64,000 nt of DNA from Lingula anatina (GCA_051362555.1 CM120641.1:2790001-2854000), one strand, 5' to 3'; numbered from the stretch's first letter, positions 11,425 through 26,400 are shown. Notes: generated by a model not told the origin, from the sequence alone. Program-made: numbers and translations.

Positions 11425-14400
11425 ATGCTGCGAGTTTCCACGCTTTTGAAGCAGGTAGGGTGGTATAAAAGTGTGTTGTCAGCCTCTTTTGCATATGCAA
11501 GTAGAATGATATTAATAGAAATAGTTGATTGGTATATTGTGCAGCGTCACTGCATTTTTAATTAGCAGACAAGTGGACAATATCTCGACCAACTTTGACG
11601 CTATCTTTACAATGCAAAGCAGTGCCGTACATGGGACTTGGTATTGCGTCCTTACAAGAAGCGAATATCTTTCTAAAGCCATGATGAAGACAACTCGCGT
11701 TCTTTAGTAAGGCCTTTTTACTCAACTGTGTGATCATCAAATTCAACCAAACTCTCCTAGTTAATCCGCGTGCTTTAAAATTCCAACTGAAAATAAGATT
11801 GTGGGTAGTAAACTAGGCCAAAGGGTCAAAGCACCGGTGGTTGCGGGGGTTGTTGTATAATATATTTATAGAGCGTGGAACGAGACCGGGCCAGATGTAG
11901 AGCAGCGCGTCTCCCAAATCAGCACAGTCTGACCAACTCATGAAACTTTGTAACTTTATATTAAAGCCTGTTGAATATTAATGAAGCCAATCCCTTCCAT
12001 TATTCATTTTATTTGTTGAGTAGAATTTAAATGTTTAAATTAAGTACAGTTTTAAATAGCTTATGTAAGTGTGCAGACTGAATTAATCCAACATTTATTT
12101 TAATGCAATTTCACCTTGTTTGCAGTGGGAGTTTTTTCCTCTAAAAATATTTGGACAGTTGGTATGTTAGTGTCATTAGAAGAGCTTTTGTTTGGTATTT
12201 TGTTCACTTGGCACTGTAGACAGAATAAGATCCTCTTATAATGATATATCCTAAATTTCATCAGTGAATATATAACACAAAAATTGTAATTGAAAAAATT
12301 TGATTATCTAAGTTGGTTTTTATTTGTTTCTATTCCTCAGTGTATTGCTGCCCCAGGCTCAGTGAGTGCTCTGAGATTCTATGCAAGTGGGTCTGTGGTA
12401 GGTATACACAATGTGGTGTGAACTGTTACTTTTTATAAGTTCTTCCTTTGATCTCTTTGTATTGTTTTGGTAGTGGAATTTGCTTAAAGGATAGAAAAAA
12501 ATATTTGAATTAAAATAGAATAATGTAGATGATTTTCTGTATCTACGCTGTGGGACACGGAGAGAAATAACAAGAAAGTAACTTGTTGTGTTCACTGGCA
12601 TGATTGCATTTTTTTTTCATTTTCATTTTAGCCCACTACAAAACTGTTTATAAATGGACAGTTTGTAGAATCCAAGACCAGTGACTGGATTGACCTTCAT
12701 AACCCTGTAAGTAAAAATGGAGAAGTTCAGTAGAGGTGAAATCAGCATTGGTTTAAAATTTTTTGTTTCCCTACAAATTATTTTATTTAACAAATGCATA
12801 TGATGAAAAATGTAACAATTCAATTTTCATGTAATTTTATTTTGTATTTTATGTAAATAAGCATTTTTTTCAAAGTGATTTGAGTGAAGTGTCTGGTTTC
12901 ACACAATTCTGTGTTTTGCTCTCAGGCGACCAATGAGGTCATCACCAGGGTTCCCAAGGCAACTCATGATGAGATGGAGGCAGCGGTGGCCGGGTGCAAG
13001 GAAGCCTTCAAGACCTGGTCAGAAACTACCATCCTCACCAGGCAGCAGCTCATGTTTAAGTTCCAGCAGTTGATCAAGGACAATCTGGTAATTGATTCTG
13101 ACCTTTTGCTACTGGAAACATTAATCTACATTAGTACATGTACGTTGTTGCATGTGCATTCTCAAACATGCACCCAAGTAATCATTGTCACTGCCAGAGA
13201 AAATACCATGATCACCTTGCAGTAGCTAATCTAGCCAATCTGGTCACAGGTGTACATTTAAGTGAACATAGTTAATGCTACTTCTACACATATTTTACAC
13301 TCTCACCTCTCATACTCACCGCTTATATATGTCCAACCCCCACTGGATGGGTATACACATACATGTACATATAAACAGATGATCTTGTGATTGTTGATTA
13401 TCAAATTTTTGATTGAATTATAAACTGTGATAGATATTTGCTGTTAAAAATGGTAAAAATGATGCTAGAGACTGTTTTTAGAGAATAAAAAAATTTCACA
13501 AAAAGTGAGTTGTGATTTGAAAAACCATTTTATCTCTTCACAGAAACAAATAGCTGCCCTCATCACCAAAGAACAAGGAAAAACTCTGGCAGATGCTGAG
13601 GGGGATGTCATGAGAGGATTGCGTGAGTTTTAAAAATAAAGTTATTAATAGCTGTAATTCATGATAGTTGAACAGAATAACTAAACTAGACTTTAGTGTA
13701 TTTGTAGAAGGATTAGAATTCAAGAAGATAATTCTTTGATTTTTAATAACATCTTTTTTGAGATATTTTAGATGCTTTTAAATACAGACAAAATGAATTT
13801 GTATGCATCTGTCTGCATTTTTAGAGTCATGGTCATTTCTTCTCTGTAGTTTGATTTCAAAATCACAAAAAAGAAAAACATTGAAAATTGAAAAATCAAA
13901 CATACAGAATGCAAAAAAAACTAAAATATATTTATTCCTGTACAGATTTGTTTACGTTTGTATACCAGTTATCTGCTATAGAAATGAATGTTTTCATTCT
14001 TCATTGTGTATAGAGGTGATAGAGCATTGCTGTAGTATAACCAGTCTTCAGTTGGGAGAGACCCTGTCTGGAGTAGCCAAGGACATGGATATCTTCACCT
14101 ATAGAGTACCCCTGGGGGTCTGTGCTGGAATCACACCTTTCAACTTCCCTGCTATGATTCCATTGTGGGTAAGGAAAGCGCAATATCCATTCAAGTTTAT
14201 TAATGTCCATTCATGTATTGAACTTAAAATTATTAAGGTTATGTAAACTCTAAGACTAAAATTTATATAAGCTTTATTGTAGTTACATGTACATACTATA
14301 GCCTTCTTTATCAACCTAGATTTTATTACATACTAAATTGCCTTATTTTTACTTGGCCATTTTTATGTACAGACACAGATGTGTCTGTAGATATTGCCAT

Positions 14401-17400
14401 CACCTGCGTCTGTCGTCGCCGATGGCGATGCCGATGCCGATGCCGATGCCGGCGCCGTGCACTTTCCTTGTAAACACGATAAGTGGAGGGCAGTTTTACT
14501 TTTTGGCTTTATATTTTCAGAGCTGATGAATATTCATAAAACGCAGGTCAAGTTCGAAAATCAGCATGATCGGGCCATTATTGTAGAAGTTATGCTGTTT
14601 TTTCACTTTTCAGCATATTTTTCACATTTCCTCAGATTCAATTCTTAGGCATGTTAACAGTCTCATTATTAAACTAATAAGATACGTAAAAGTGTTTGTT
14701 TGACATTTGCTGCATCTTTACAACATTGTTAGTTGATTTTGTAAAAATGATGGTAAACTTGTTATCGTGTATTGTGTAATAAAGTTTCAAAAATGGAAAT
14801 AAACTCATATCATTGCAGTTTGTCAGATTGAATCATTCACTATGTTCAGAATCTCAGAATGGAAGAAATTGGACATTTAACACTGCTCTGTTGATATTTT
14901 TCCCATCTCATCAATTTTCTTAGTTGATAATATAAAAATGGCAGTAAACTGTTAATTTTGTTTTATGTTAAAAATTGTTAAAAATGGAAAAAAAAAAAAA
15001 CATTTCAGAACAGTGCTGTCTTGTTTACATTTTGGCATTTTCAAGTTGTGACTTTGAAGTTCCATGGGCCTGAAGACCTTTGCTAGTCACATTTTCTGAA
15101 TATCCATGATACTTATATTTTATTATTAAATATTGATGGTCATCATGCTGTTAAACATTATGTAATATTGCATCAAAATTTGAAAAAAACCTATTTTGGG
15201 CACTGCTCCCATGATGACCATTTAAGAAAAACCATGTCACTTACTGTTCTCAAACAGTACAGTAAATATATATAGATGTGTCTGTACATATTGCCATCAC
15301 CTGCGTCTGTCGTCGCCGTCGGCGCCGTGCACTTTCCTTGTAAACACGATAAGTGGAAGGCAGTTTTACTTTTTGGCTTTATATTTACAGAGCTGATGAA
15401 TATTCATAAAATGCAGGTCAAGTTCGAAAATCAGCATGATCGGGCCATTATTGTAGAAGTTATGCTGTTTTTTATGTACAGACACAGATGTGTCTGTACA
15501 TATTGCCATCACCTGCGTCTGTCGTCGCCGATGCCGATGCCGATGGCAATGCCGTCGCCGTGCACTTTCACTGTAAACACAATAAGTGGAACACAGTTTT
15601 ATTTTTTGGTTTTATATTTACAGAGCTGATGAATATTCATAAAACGCAGGTCAAGTTCGAAAATCAGCATGATCGGGCCATTATTGTAGAAGTTATGCTG
15701 TTTTATCACTTTTCAGCATATATGCAACCCTGTAAACACATTTTAAGGAAAACCGTTAGGCCTGTTGTCATGAAACTCACAAGAGTAATCAATCTTACTA
15801 AAACGCAGGTCAAGTTCGAAAATTGGCATGATCGGGCCACTATTTTACTAGTTATGCTGTTTTTTTCCTTTTTTTCAGCATATGTGCAACACTGTAAACA
15901 CAATATAAGAAAAACCGATAGGCCAATTGCCATTAAACTCACAGGAGTGGTCAATCTTACTAAAATGCAGGTTGAGTTCGAAAATCAGCATAATCGGGCC
16001 ATTATTTTAGAAGTTATGCTGTTTTTATGTACAGACACAGATGTGTCTGTACATATTGCCATCACCTGCGTCTGTCGTCGCCGTCGTCGCCGATGGTGAT
16101 GCCGATGCCGATGCCGATGCCGATGCCGTGCACTTTCATTGTAAACACGATAAGTGGAAGGCAGTTTTACTTTTTGGCTTTATATTTACAGAGCTGATAA
16201 ATATTCATAAAACGCAGGTCAAGTTCGAAAATCAGCATGATCGGGCCATTATTGTAGAAGTTATGCTGTTTTTTCACTTTTCAGCATATATGCAACACTG
16301 TAAACACAATATAAGAAAAACAGATTGGCCAATTGTCATTAAACTCACAGGAAAGATCAATCCTGCTAAAACGCAGGTTGAGTTCGAAAATCGGCATAAT
16401 TGGGCCATTATTTTAGAAGTTATGCTGTTTTTTCACATTTCCTCAGATTCAATTCGTAGGCATGTTAACAGTCTCATTATTTAATTAATAAGATATGTAA
16501 AAGTGTTTGTTTGACATTCCCTGCATCTTTAGAACATTGTTAGTTGATTTTGTAAAAATAATGGTATACTTGTTATCGTGTATTGTGTAATTAAGTTTCA
16601 AAAATGGAAATAAACTCATATCATTGCGGTTTTTCAGATTCAATCATTCACTATGTTCAGAATCTCAGAATGGAAGAAATTGGACATTTAACACTGCTCT
16701 ATTGATATTTTTCCCATCTCATCCATTTTCTTAGTTGATCATATAAAAATGGCAGTAAACTGTTAATTTTGTTTTATGTTAAAAATTGTTAAAAATGAAA
16801 AAAAAAAAAAACATTTCAGAACAGAGCTGTCTTGTTTACATTTTGGCATTTTCAAGGTGTGACTTTGAAGTTCCATGGGCCTGAAGACCTTTGCTAGTCA
16901 CATTTTTTGAATATCCATAATACTAATATTTTATTATTAAAAAATTGAAGGTCATTATGCTGTTAAACATTATGTAATATTGCATCAAAATTTGAAAAAA
17001 ACCTATTTTGGGCACTGCTCCCATGATGACCATTTAAGAAAAACCATGTCACTTACTGTTCTCAAACAGTACAGAAAATATATATAGATGTGTCTGTACA
17101 TATTGCCATCACCTGTCTGTCGTCTCCGTCATCGCCGTCGCCTGCGCCGTGTACTTTCATTGTAAACACAATAAGTGGAAGGCAGTTTTACTTTTCGGCT
17201 TTATATTTACAGAGCTGATAAATATTCATAAAACGCAGGTCAAGTTCGAAAATCAGCATGATCGGGCCATTATTGTAAAGTTATGCTGTTTTTTTCACTT
17301 TTCAGCATATCTGCAACACTGTAAACACATTTCAAGGAAAACCAATAGGCCTGTTGTCATGAAACTCACAGGAGTAATCGATCTTACTAAAACGCAGGTC

Positions 17401-20400
17401 AAGTTCGAAAGTTTGTTCTAGGTGGTTTTCAATTTTATGCACCTGGTTTTAAAATCATGTAGCGATTTTACGACAATCGTTTACTATCCAATCAAGGTGA
17501 CAGCCGAGCGTGGGTTCATCCTGTCGGTATTCTGACTGATACTCCAAAATGCGATCTGACACACACCTTGAAAACAGGTAGTGTGGTCCGATATACCGGT
17601 TAATTCAGGATCCTTAGGTGCCGAGTCTGGTTGTTGGGTAGGCCTGACCATGTTACTTAGTTAAGTTATACATTTTCAAAGTGTGAACTTGAACTCCCCA
17701 TGGGCCTGAAGCCTTATGCTTGTTACACATTTTACTCACATTGGTATTACCTGTTGAGCATAATTAAAATTTGATGTTGAATTTGCAGTTTAACATAATG
17801 TACTTTTCCATCAGAATTGACAGTAGCCTATTTTGTGCATAGTTATTTCCTGCTTTTTGTCTGTACATTTGACAGCTTTGCTGCCTTGTTTCACATTTCC
17901 TCAGATTCAATTCTTAGGCATGTTAACAGTCTTATTATTTTACTAATAAGATACATTAAAGTGTTTGTTTGACATTTCCTGCATCTTTACAACATTGTTA
18001 GTTGATTATGTAAAAATGGTGGTAAACTTGTTATCGTGTACTGTGTAATAAAGTGTCAAAAATGGAAATAAACTCATATCATTGCAGTTTGTCAGATTCA
18101 ATCATTCACTATGTTCAGAATCTCAGAATGGAGGAAATTGGACATTTAACACTATTCTATTGATATTTTTCCCATCTCATCAATTATCTTAGTTGATCAT
18201 ATAAAAATTGCAGTAAACTTTTTATTTTGTTTTATGTTAAAAAATTGTAAAAAATGGAAATAAACCCATGTCAGAACAGTGCTGTCTTGTTTCACATTTC
18301 CTCAGATTCAATTCTTAGGCATGTTAACAGTCTCATTCTTTAACTAATAAGACATGTAAAAGTGTTTGGTTGACATTTCCTGCATCTTTACAACATTATT
18401 AGTTGATTATGTAAAACTGATGGTAAACTTGTCATCGTGTATTGTGTAATAACGTTTCAAAAATGGAAATAAACTCATATCATTGCAGTTTGTCAGATTC
18501 AATCATTCACTATGTTCAGAATCTCAGAATGGAGGAAATTGGACATTTAACACTGTTGTATTGATATTTTTCCCATCTCATCAATTTTCTTAGTTGATCG
18601 TATAAAAATGGCAGTGACCTGTTAATTTTGTTTTATGTTTAAAAAATTGTTAAAAATGAAAAAAAAAAACATTTCAGAACAGTGCTGTCTTGTTTACATT
18701 TTGGCATTTTCAAGTTGTGACTTTGAAGTTCCATGGGCCTAAAGACCTTTGCTAGTCAAATTTTCTGAATATCCATGATGCTAATATTTTATTATTAAAA
18801 ATTGATGGTCATTATGCTGTTAAACATTATGTAATATTGCATCAAAATTTGAAAAAAATCTATTTTGGACACTGCTCCCATGATGAGCATTTTGAAAACC
18901 ATGTCACTAACTGTTCTCAAACAGTACAGTAAATATGTACAGATGTGTCTGTACATATTGCCATCACCTGCATCTGTCGTCGCCGTCACTGTCACTGGTG
19001 CCGTGCACTTTCATTGTAAACACCATAAGTGGAAGTCAATTTTACTTTTTGGCTGTATATTTACAGAGCTGATGAATATTCATAAAATGCAGGTCAAGTT
19101 CGAAAATCAGCATGATCGAGCCATTATTGTAGAAGTTATGCTGTTTTTTCACTTTTCAGCATATTTGCAACACTGTAAACACATTTCAAGGAAAACCGAT
19201 AGGCCTGTTGTCATGAAACTCACAGGAGTAATCGATCTTACTAAAACGCAGATCAAGTTTGAAAATCGGCATGATCGGGCCACTATTTTAGTAGTTATGC
19301 TGTTTTTTCATTTTTCAGCATATATGCAACACTGTAAACACAATATAAAAAAAACAGATGGGCCAATTGTCATGAAAGTCACAGGAGGGGTCAATTTTAC
19401 TAAAATGCAGGTTGAGTTCGTAAATCAGCATAATCGTGCCATTATTATAGAAGGTGTGCTGTTTTTTCACATTTCCTCAGATTCAATTCTTAGGCATGTT
19501 AACAGTCTCATTATTAAACTAATAAGATATGTAAAAGTGTTTGTTTGACATTTCCTGCATCTTTACAACATTGTTAGTTGATTATGTAAAAATGATGGTA
19601 AACTTTTTATCATGTATTGTGTAATAAAGTGTCAAAAATGGAAATAAACTCATATCATTGCAGTTTGTCAGATTCAATCATCCACTATGTTCAGAATCTC
19701 AGAATGGAGGAAATTGGACATTTAACACTGTTCTATTGATATTTTTCCAATATCATTAATTTTCTTAGTTGATCATATAAAAATGGCAGTAAACTGTTCA
19801 TTTTGTTTTATGTTAAAAAAGTGTTAAAAATGGAAATAAACCCATTTCAGAACAGTGCTGTCTTGTTAAAATTTGATGTTGAATTTGCAGTTTAACATTA
19901 TGTACTTTTGCATCAGAATTGGCAGTAGCCTATTTTGTGCATAGTTATTTCCTGCTTTTTGTCTGTACATTTGACAGCTTTGCTGCCTTGTTTTCTTTGG
20001 GTTGCGGGGGGTTGTTGTATAATATATACCATAATAAATTCCAGCTGCTGTGTGTAAGATAGTTTCATCACCTGTTGTAATGCTGATTATTGAAATATGA
20101 TGTATTTTGATCAGTTTATATCAGTTACTGTATTAAAACTTCTTGAAATTAAGTATGTTTTTTGCCTTTGTTGTGTGTTAAAACAATAGCACCATATTCC
20201 AGTTTGATATTCCTTGATATTTTCTTATGAAAAAATTGATTTTTTTTGACATCCTGATATATTTTTGGAGGGTAGATGTTTCCAGTGGCCCTGGTGTGTG
20301 GTAACACGTCCCTGATCAAACCCTCCGAGCGTGATCCTGGGGCCACCATGATGATGATGGAGCTGGTGAAAGAGGCGGGATTCCCTGATGGAACTGTTAA

Positions 20401-23400
20401 TGTGATCCATGGAGCACATGAAGGTGAGTTAAGCATTAGTCATTACAGGGTGGGGTGATGTGGGGTTGGGGGTATTGAAAGTCATGCCCTTTAGGCCAGT
20501 AAAGGTCCAGTCTGAATAAAAATTTGGTCTGAGTTCTTTGAAATTTCTCAAGGTGAGTCAAAAGGAAAAACCGGTGTACTTTTTTTCAGAAAAGAACCCC
20601 CTTTGAAATTGCTGGCTACAGTCATGTATCCAAATAAAGGATGCCTGTCACATTTTTCTAATATATTTGTTACGTGAAGACTTTCCATAAACATATAGGT
20701 TGTGACTACATATCTTTTACCTTGTTGTCATTTATTTTGATAAAAATACAAGAAATATTTGCCTTTTCAGCCGTCAACTTCATTTGTGATCATCCAGACA
20801 TCAAAGCAATCTCATTTGTTGGGTCTGACCAAGCTGTAAGTAAAACTTATGAATAGGAAGTTTTTGAATTGTTGAATTTTATTTTGGTAAATCTTTTTAT
20901 GTACAGACACAGATGTGTCTGTACATATTGCCATCACCTGCGTCTGTCGTCGCCGTCGTCGCCGATGCCGATGCCGATGGCGATGCCATCGCCGTGCACT
21001 TTCAGCGTTAACACGATAAGTGGAAGACAGTTTTACTTTTTGGCTTTATATTTACAGAGCTGATGAATATTCATAAAACGCAGGTCAAGTTCGAAAATCA
21101 GCATGATCGAGCCATTATTGTAGAAGTTATGCTGTTTTTTCACTTTTCAGCCTATATACAACACTGTAAACACATTTCAAGAAAAACTGATAGGCCTGTT
21201 GTCATGAAACTCACAGGAGTAATCAATCTTACTAAAACACAGGTCAAGTTCGAAAATCGGCATGATCGGGCCACTATTTTAGTAGTTATGTTTTTTTTTT
21301 TCACTTTTCAGCATATATACAACATTCTGAACACAATATAAGAAAAACAGATGGGCCAATTGTCATTAAACTCACAGGAGTGGTCAATCTTACTAAAATG
21401 CAGGTTGAGTTTGAAAATTAGCATAATCGGGTCATTATTTTAGAAGTTATGCTATTTTTTCACATTTCTTCAAATTCAATTCTTAGGCATGTTAACAGTC
21501 TTATTATTTAACTAATAAGATACATAAAAGTGTTTGTTTGACATTTCCTGCATCTTTACAACATTGTTAGTTGATTATGTAAAAATGATGGTAAACTTGT
21601 TATCGTGTATTGTGTAATAAAGTGTCAAAAATGGAAATAACCTCATATCATTGCAGTTTGTCAGATTCAATCATTCAGTATGTTCAGAATCTCAGAATGG
21701 AAGAAATTGGACATTTAACACTGTTCTATTGATATTTTTCACATCTCATCAATTTTCTTAGTTGGTCATATAAAAATGGCAGTAAACTGTTAATTTTGTT
21801 TTATGTTAAAAAATTGTTAAAAATGGAAATAAACCCATTTCAGAACAGTGCTGTCTTGTTTCACATTTCCTCAGATTCAATTCTTAGGCATGTTAACAGT
21901 CTCATTATTGAACTAATAGGATACGTAAAAGTGTTTGTTTGACATTTGCTGCATCTTTACAACATTGTTAGTTGATTATGTAAAAATGATGGTAAACTTG
22001 TCATCGTGTATTGTGTAATAAAGTGTCAAAAATGGAAATAACCTCATATCATTGCAGTTTGTCAGATTCAATCATTCAGTATGTTCAGAATCTCAGAATG
22101 GAAGAAATTGGACATTTAACACTGTTCTATTGATATTTTTCACATCTCATCAATTTTCTTAGTTGATCATATAAAAATGGCAGTAAACTGTTAATTTTGT
22201 TTTGTGTTAAAAAAGTGTTAAAAATGAAAAAAAAAAAACATTTTAGAACAGTGCTGTCTTGTTAACATTTTGGCATTTTCAAGTTGTGACTTTGAAGTTC
22301 CATGGGCCTGAAGACCTTTGCTAGTCACATTTTCTGAATATCCATGATACTAATATTTTATTATTAAAAATTGATGGTCATTATGCTGTTAAACATTATG
22401 TAATATTGCATCAAAATTTGAAAAAAACCTATTTTGGGCACTGCTCCCATGATGACCATTTAAGAAAAACCATGTCACTTACTGTTCTCAAACAGTACAG
22501 TAAATATATATAGATGTGTCTGTACATATTGCCGTCTGTCGTCCCCGTCATCGCCGGCGCTGGCGCCGTGCTCTTTCATTGTAAACACGATAAGTGGAAG
22601 GCAGTTTTACTTTTTGGCTTTATATTTACAGAGCTGATGATAATTCATTTTGGTCATAGCATGCTATAGTAAACTACCCCAAACATATACCCAAAACCCC
22701 CAAATCAAATGTCAAATTTGACCTTGACCCTCATTTTCAAGGTCATTTGGCTATTTCATGGAGAAATATTGAAGTGGGCTAAAAGTGATGTTTTGTTGAC
22801 TCCCCCCCCCCCCCCCCCCAATTCGCACATGCTCTTTCAGAATATGGGGTTAAATTTAACCCATGACCTTCACATGACCTTGTAAGAGCATTTTTACACC
22901 TATTTTGCAGGGGAATCCTCCGCCACTGGCTTTAGCCAGTTGCAGTCTAGTTAAAATTTGATGTTGAATTTACAGTTAAGCATATTGTACTTTTGCATCA
23001 GAATTGACAGTAGCCTATTTTGTGCATTGTTATTTTCTGCTTTTTGTCTGTACATTTGACAGCTTTGCTGCCTTGTTATGTATTTAAAGAAAAGGTAAAC
23101 TGTGTCATTGTAGCTAAAATGTTTACATTTATATTTTGAACAGAAAAATCTTTATATATTTAAAGAAAAGGTAAACTGTGTGATTGTAGCAAAAATGTTT
23201 ACATTCATATTTTAACAGAAAAATCTTAATATATTTAAAGAAAAGGTAAACTGTGTCATTGTAGCTAAAATGTTTACATTTATATTTTGAACAGAAAAAT
23301 CTTTATATATTTAAAGAAAAGGTAAACTGTGTGATTGTAGCAAAAATGTTTACATTTATATTTTAACAGAAAAATCTATTTTACTCATTTTAGGGTCAAT

Positions 23401-26400
23401 ACATCTATGAGAGAGGCTCAAAGAATGGCAAGAGAGTGCAGAGCAACATGGTATGTACACACTTTAACACTCAAGACTTAATGTTGGAGAGACAGAGAAG
23501 CAATATGCCTTAATAATTAACTCATTATTATTTTTTTAAATAGTAAATCGGGTTATTTGCAAGAATGTGACATTTATTCAAAGAGTATATTTGCAAGGTT
23601 AAGCAAGGTTAAGGCATTTATTCAGTGCTTTCTGAATGACACTTAATGGGGTTATTTCTTTTTTGGGAAATTTATGTACTCTTTGAAGAGATGTTTAATA
23701 GACCTGTGATATAAAGTGTATGTTCAAACCTGAAACTGATGGCTTGAATATTTCATATGTATCATTTTTATAAAAAAAAAACTATTTTCAGGGAGCCAAA
23801 AACCATGGAGTGATAATGCCAGATGCCAACAAGGAAATGGCTCTAAATCAGGTATGAACAGAAGACGTGTTATTATCTTGATTATTCAAAAGAACTTTGG
23901 TTTAAGTTTTTTTTGTATTATTCAGTGTATAGTACCAAGTACTCAATGAATTTTTTTAATCTTTGAATAATGTATAATGATGAGTGTTCTTTATTTATAA
24001 TATAATTTTTTCGATAGTAATGATACTGTTTAAAGCGCATGGAAAGATTTTAGAATCAAATTTTTATTCATAAGTGCAGCTTTAATCTAGTTAATTACTA
24101 CAGTTAAAATAGTCCACAGTGTATTACTTTGAGCTGTAGATATAAAATTGAAAGAAAGTGAAACCAGTTGTTACAATTAAACAGTAATAGGCAGCATGAG
24201 CCCAGTATGCAATCTTTACAAACAACGGCACCACTGCATGCATATTTGTTGCAAATATGAATGGATCATAAACTGTAGTTTATCCATATATTCCCATATT
24301 TTAGCTGTGTGGAGCTGGGTTTGGTGCAGCAGGACAGAGGTGTATGGCATTATCTACAGCTGTGTTTGTAGGGGAGGCAAAGACATGGCTACCTGAACTT
24401 GTGGAGAGAGCACAGAAACTGAAAGTTCACGCAGGTATTTAGAGAAAAAGTTTTCAAAGGCTGTGCATTGGTGCTGTATGACAATTGTTTATATTAGGTA
24501 GGGAGTCCGTCTAGATGTTAATCCTTGGAAATGTATTGTTCAATTTCATTAGACAAAAAAAAAAGTAATAATAAAAAAAATAGTGTCATTAAATAAAAAA
24601 TTGTTTTTCACAGGAAGTGAGCCTGGTGCAGACCTGGGGCCACTGATCAGTCCTGAGGCCAAGAAACGTGTGTGTGATCTCATTCAGAGCGGCGTGGACG
24701 AGGGAGCCGAAATGCTCCTGGATGGCAGAAATGTTGTGGTGCCTGGATATGAGAAGGGAAATTTTGTTGGACCAACCATTCTGAACCATGTCCAGGTGAG
24801 TCGAGGCCCTAGCTAACAATAAGACTGTACCAAGTGCTTAATGTTAATATTTGGGTTATTTGAGCCACTTTGTCACTGGTTTAAAGAATATTAGTTAATT
24901 GGTCAAAGTTAGTCATTTTAGAGAGATCCCTGTGTAGAATACAGCTCAGCTCATCTTAAATCGGTTTTGTGTTCTGTTTTGTTCAATTTACTTGACATGG
25001 TTGTGAAGTATTGACAAATTGCAGTGGAACTGAATTTTATTCACTTTTAATTTATAGCCAAAGATGAAGTGTTACAAAGAGGAAATCTTTGGACCAGTTC
25101 TTCTGTGTATGGAAGCAGATACCCTTGATGAAGCTATTCAAGTTATTAATGATAATGCATATGGAAATGGAACTGCCATCTTTACAAACAATGGCGCCAC
25201 TGCGCGCAAATTTATTTCAAAGATTGATGTTGGACAGGTAAGACACTTTTTTTAAAAGCTTACACAAGAAGTTATGAAAAAAATATTCTTGGTCATCAAA
25301 GAGGTAAAGAAAGTTATATTTTGCATTTAGATATTAAAATACTGAAAAAAACATTATTCTTTTGATATTCTTCTTATAAGAAAGAACATATTGCTCAATG
25401 GTGTAAGAGAACAAGGTTTAGAGAAAAGAAGAGTAAAATTATGTAGAATTAAGTTACAATGGCTGCATTCATAACCAGTTGTTCTGCAGACTAACTGATC
25501 CGCTGATCAAACATGGCTGACCCACTTAAATACTTGCTGCATAAACCCCTAATAGACACTGAATGAATTCCTAAGGGACATTATGCAGCAAGTTCTCAAG
25601 TGGGTTAAAGGCCATATTTGCTCCTTGATCTGTTAGTCTGCGGATCAATTTTGGTTGTAAATGTGATTAAAGATTTAACAGTGGACTTTCTCTTGGTTCA
25701 GGTTGGTGTAAATGTCCCCATTCCTGTGCCTCTGCCCATGTTCTCTTTCACTGGTTCCAGAGGATCGTTCAGAGGGGACAGCCATTTCTATGGGAAACAG
25801 GTAAACTTGATACACTGATTGTTTATATGTGGGTGTGTAATGGGAAACCGGTAAACTTAAAACATTTTAATAAAATCGCTAAAACGTAATTGAAAATAGG
25901 TGAACTTGAAACACTGATTGCTGATAGGGGTGTGTAATGACAGCAAGGTAATTGGAAACAGGTAAACTTGAAACAGTGATTGCTAATATGCAGACATGAG
26001 CTTTTTCTGCAGAAAAGTGAAATTCAGCATTTTTTAATTCAACTCTGGTGGTACCTGAGATTCGTCAAGGTTGATGCAAATCTGCAATAAAAAGTTGGCC
26101 TATCCCCCATGTCACATTTTCAGACTTTTTCACTAAATGGCAGTCTCATGCCTGGTACTGATCATAAGAGAGGTCTTTAAAAGGAAATGGTGACATGAGA
26201 TTGTACATGTTTTTGGAATCTTTCATTGGAGTATATGCAATATTTGTATCCAGTTAGTGAAAGTTTTGACAAGGCATCTTAAATAGCCCAGTGTATGTAG
26301 AGTACAAAAATGAAAAGTTTGTAGAATTTTATAAATTGGAATGAGAAAATGTGATATTGATAAAAGTTCTAAATCCAAGTCATAAAATAACCCATGGAAT

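Noticed and set aside
14338-21341. Family of similar ORFs ([14 protein letters not shown]...[15 protein letters not shown]) up to 227 aa
   Set aside because: They are translations of the HINE microsatellite and tandem units, frameshifted between copies, with no Rep/helicase or other domain motifs.
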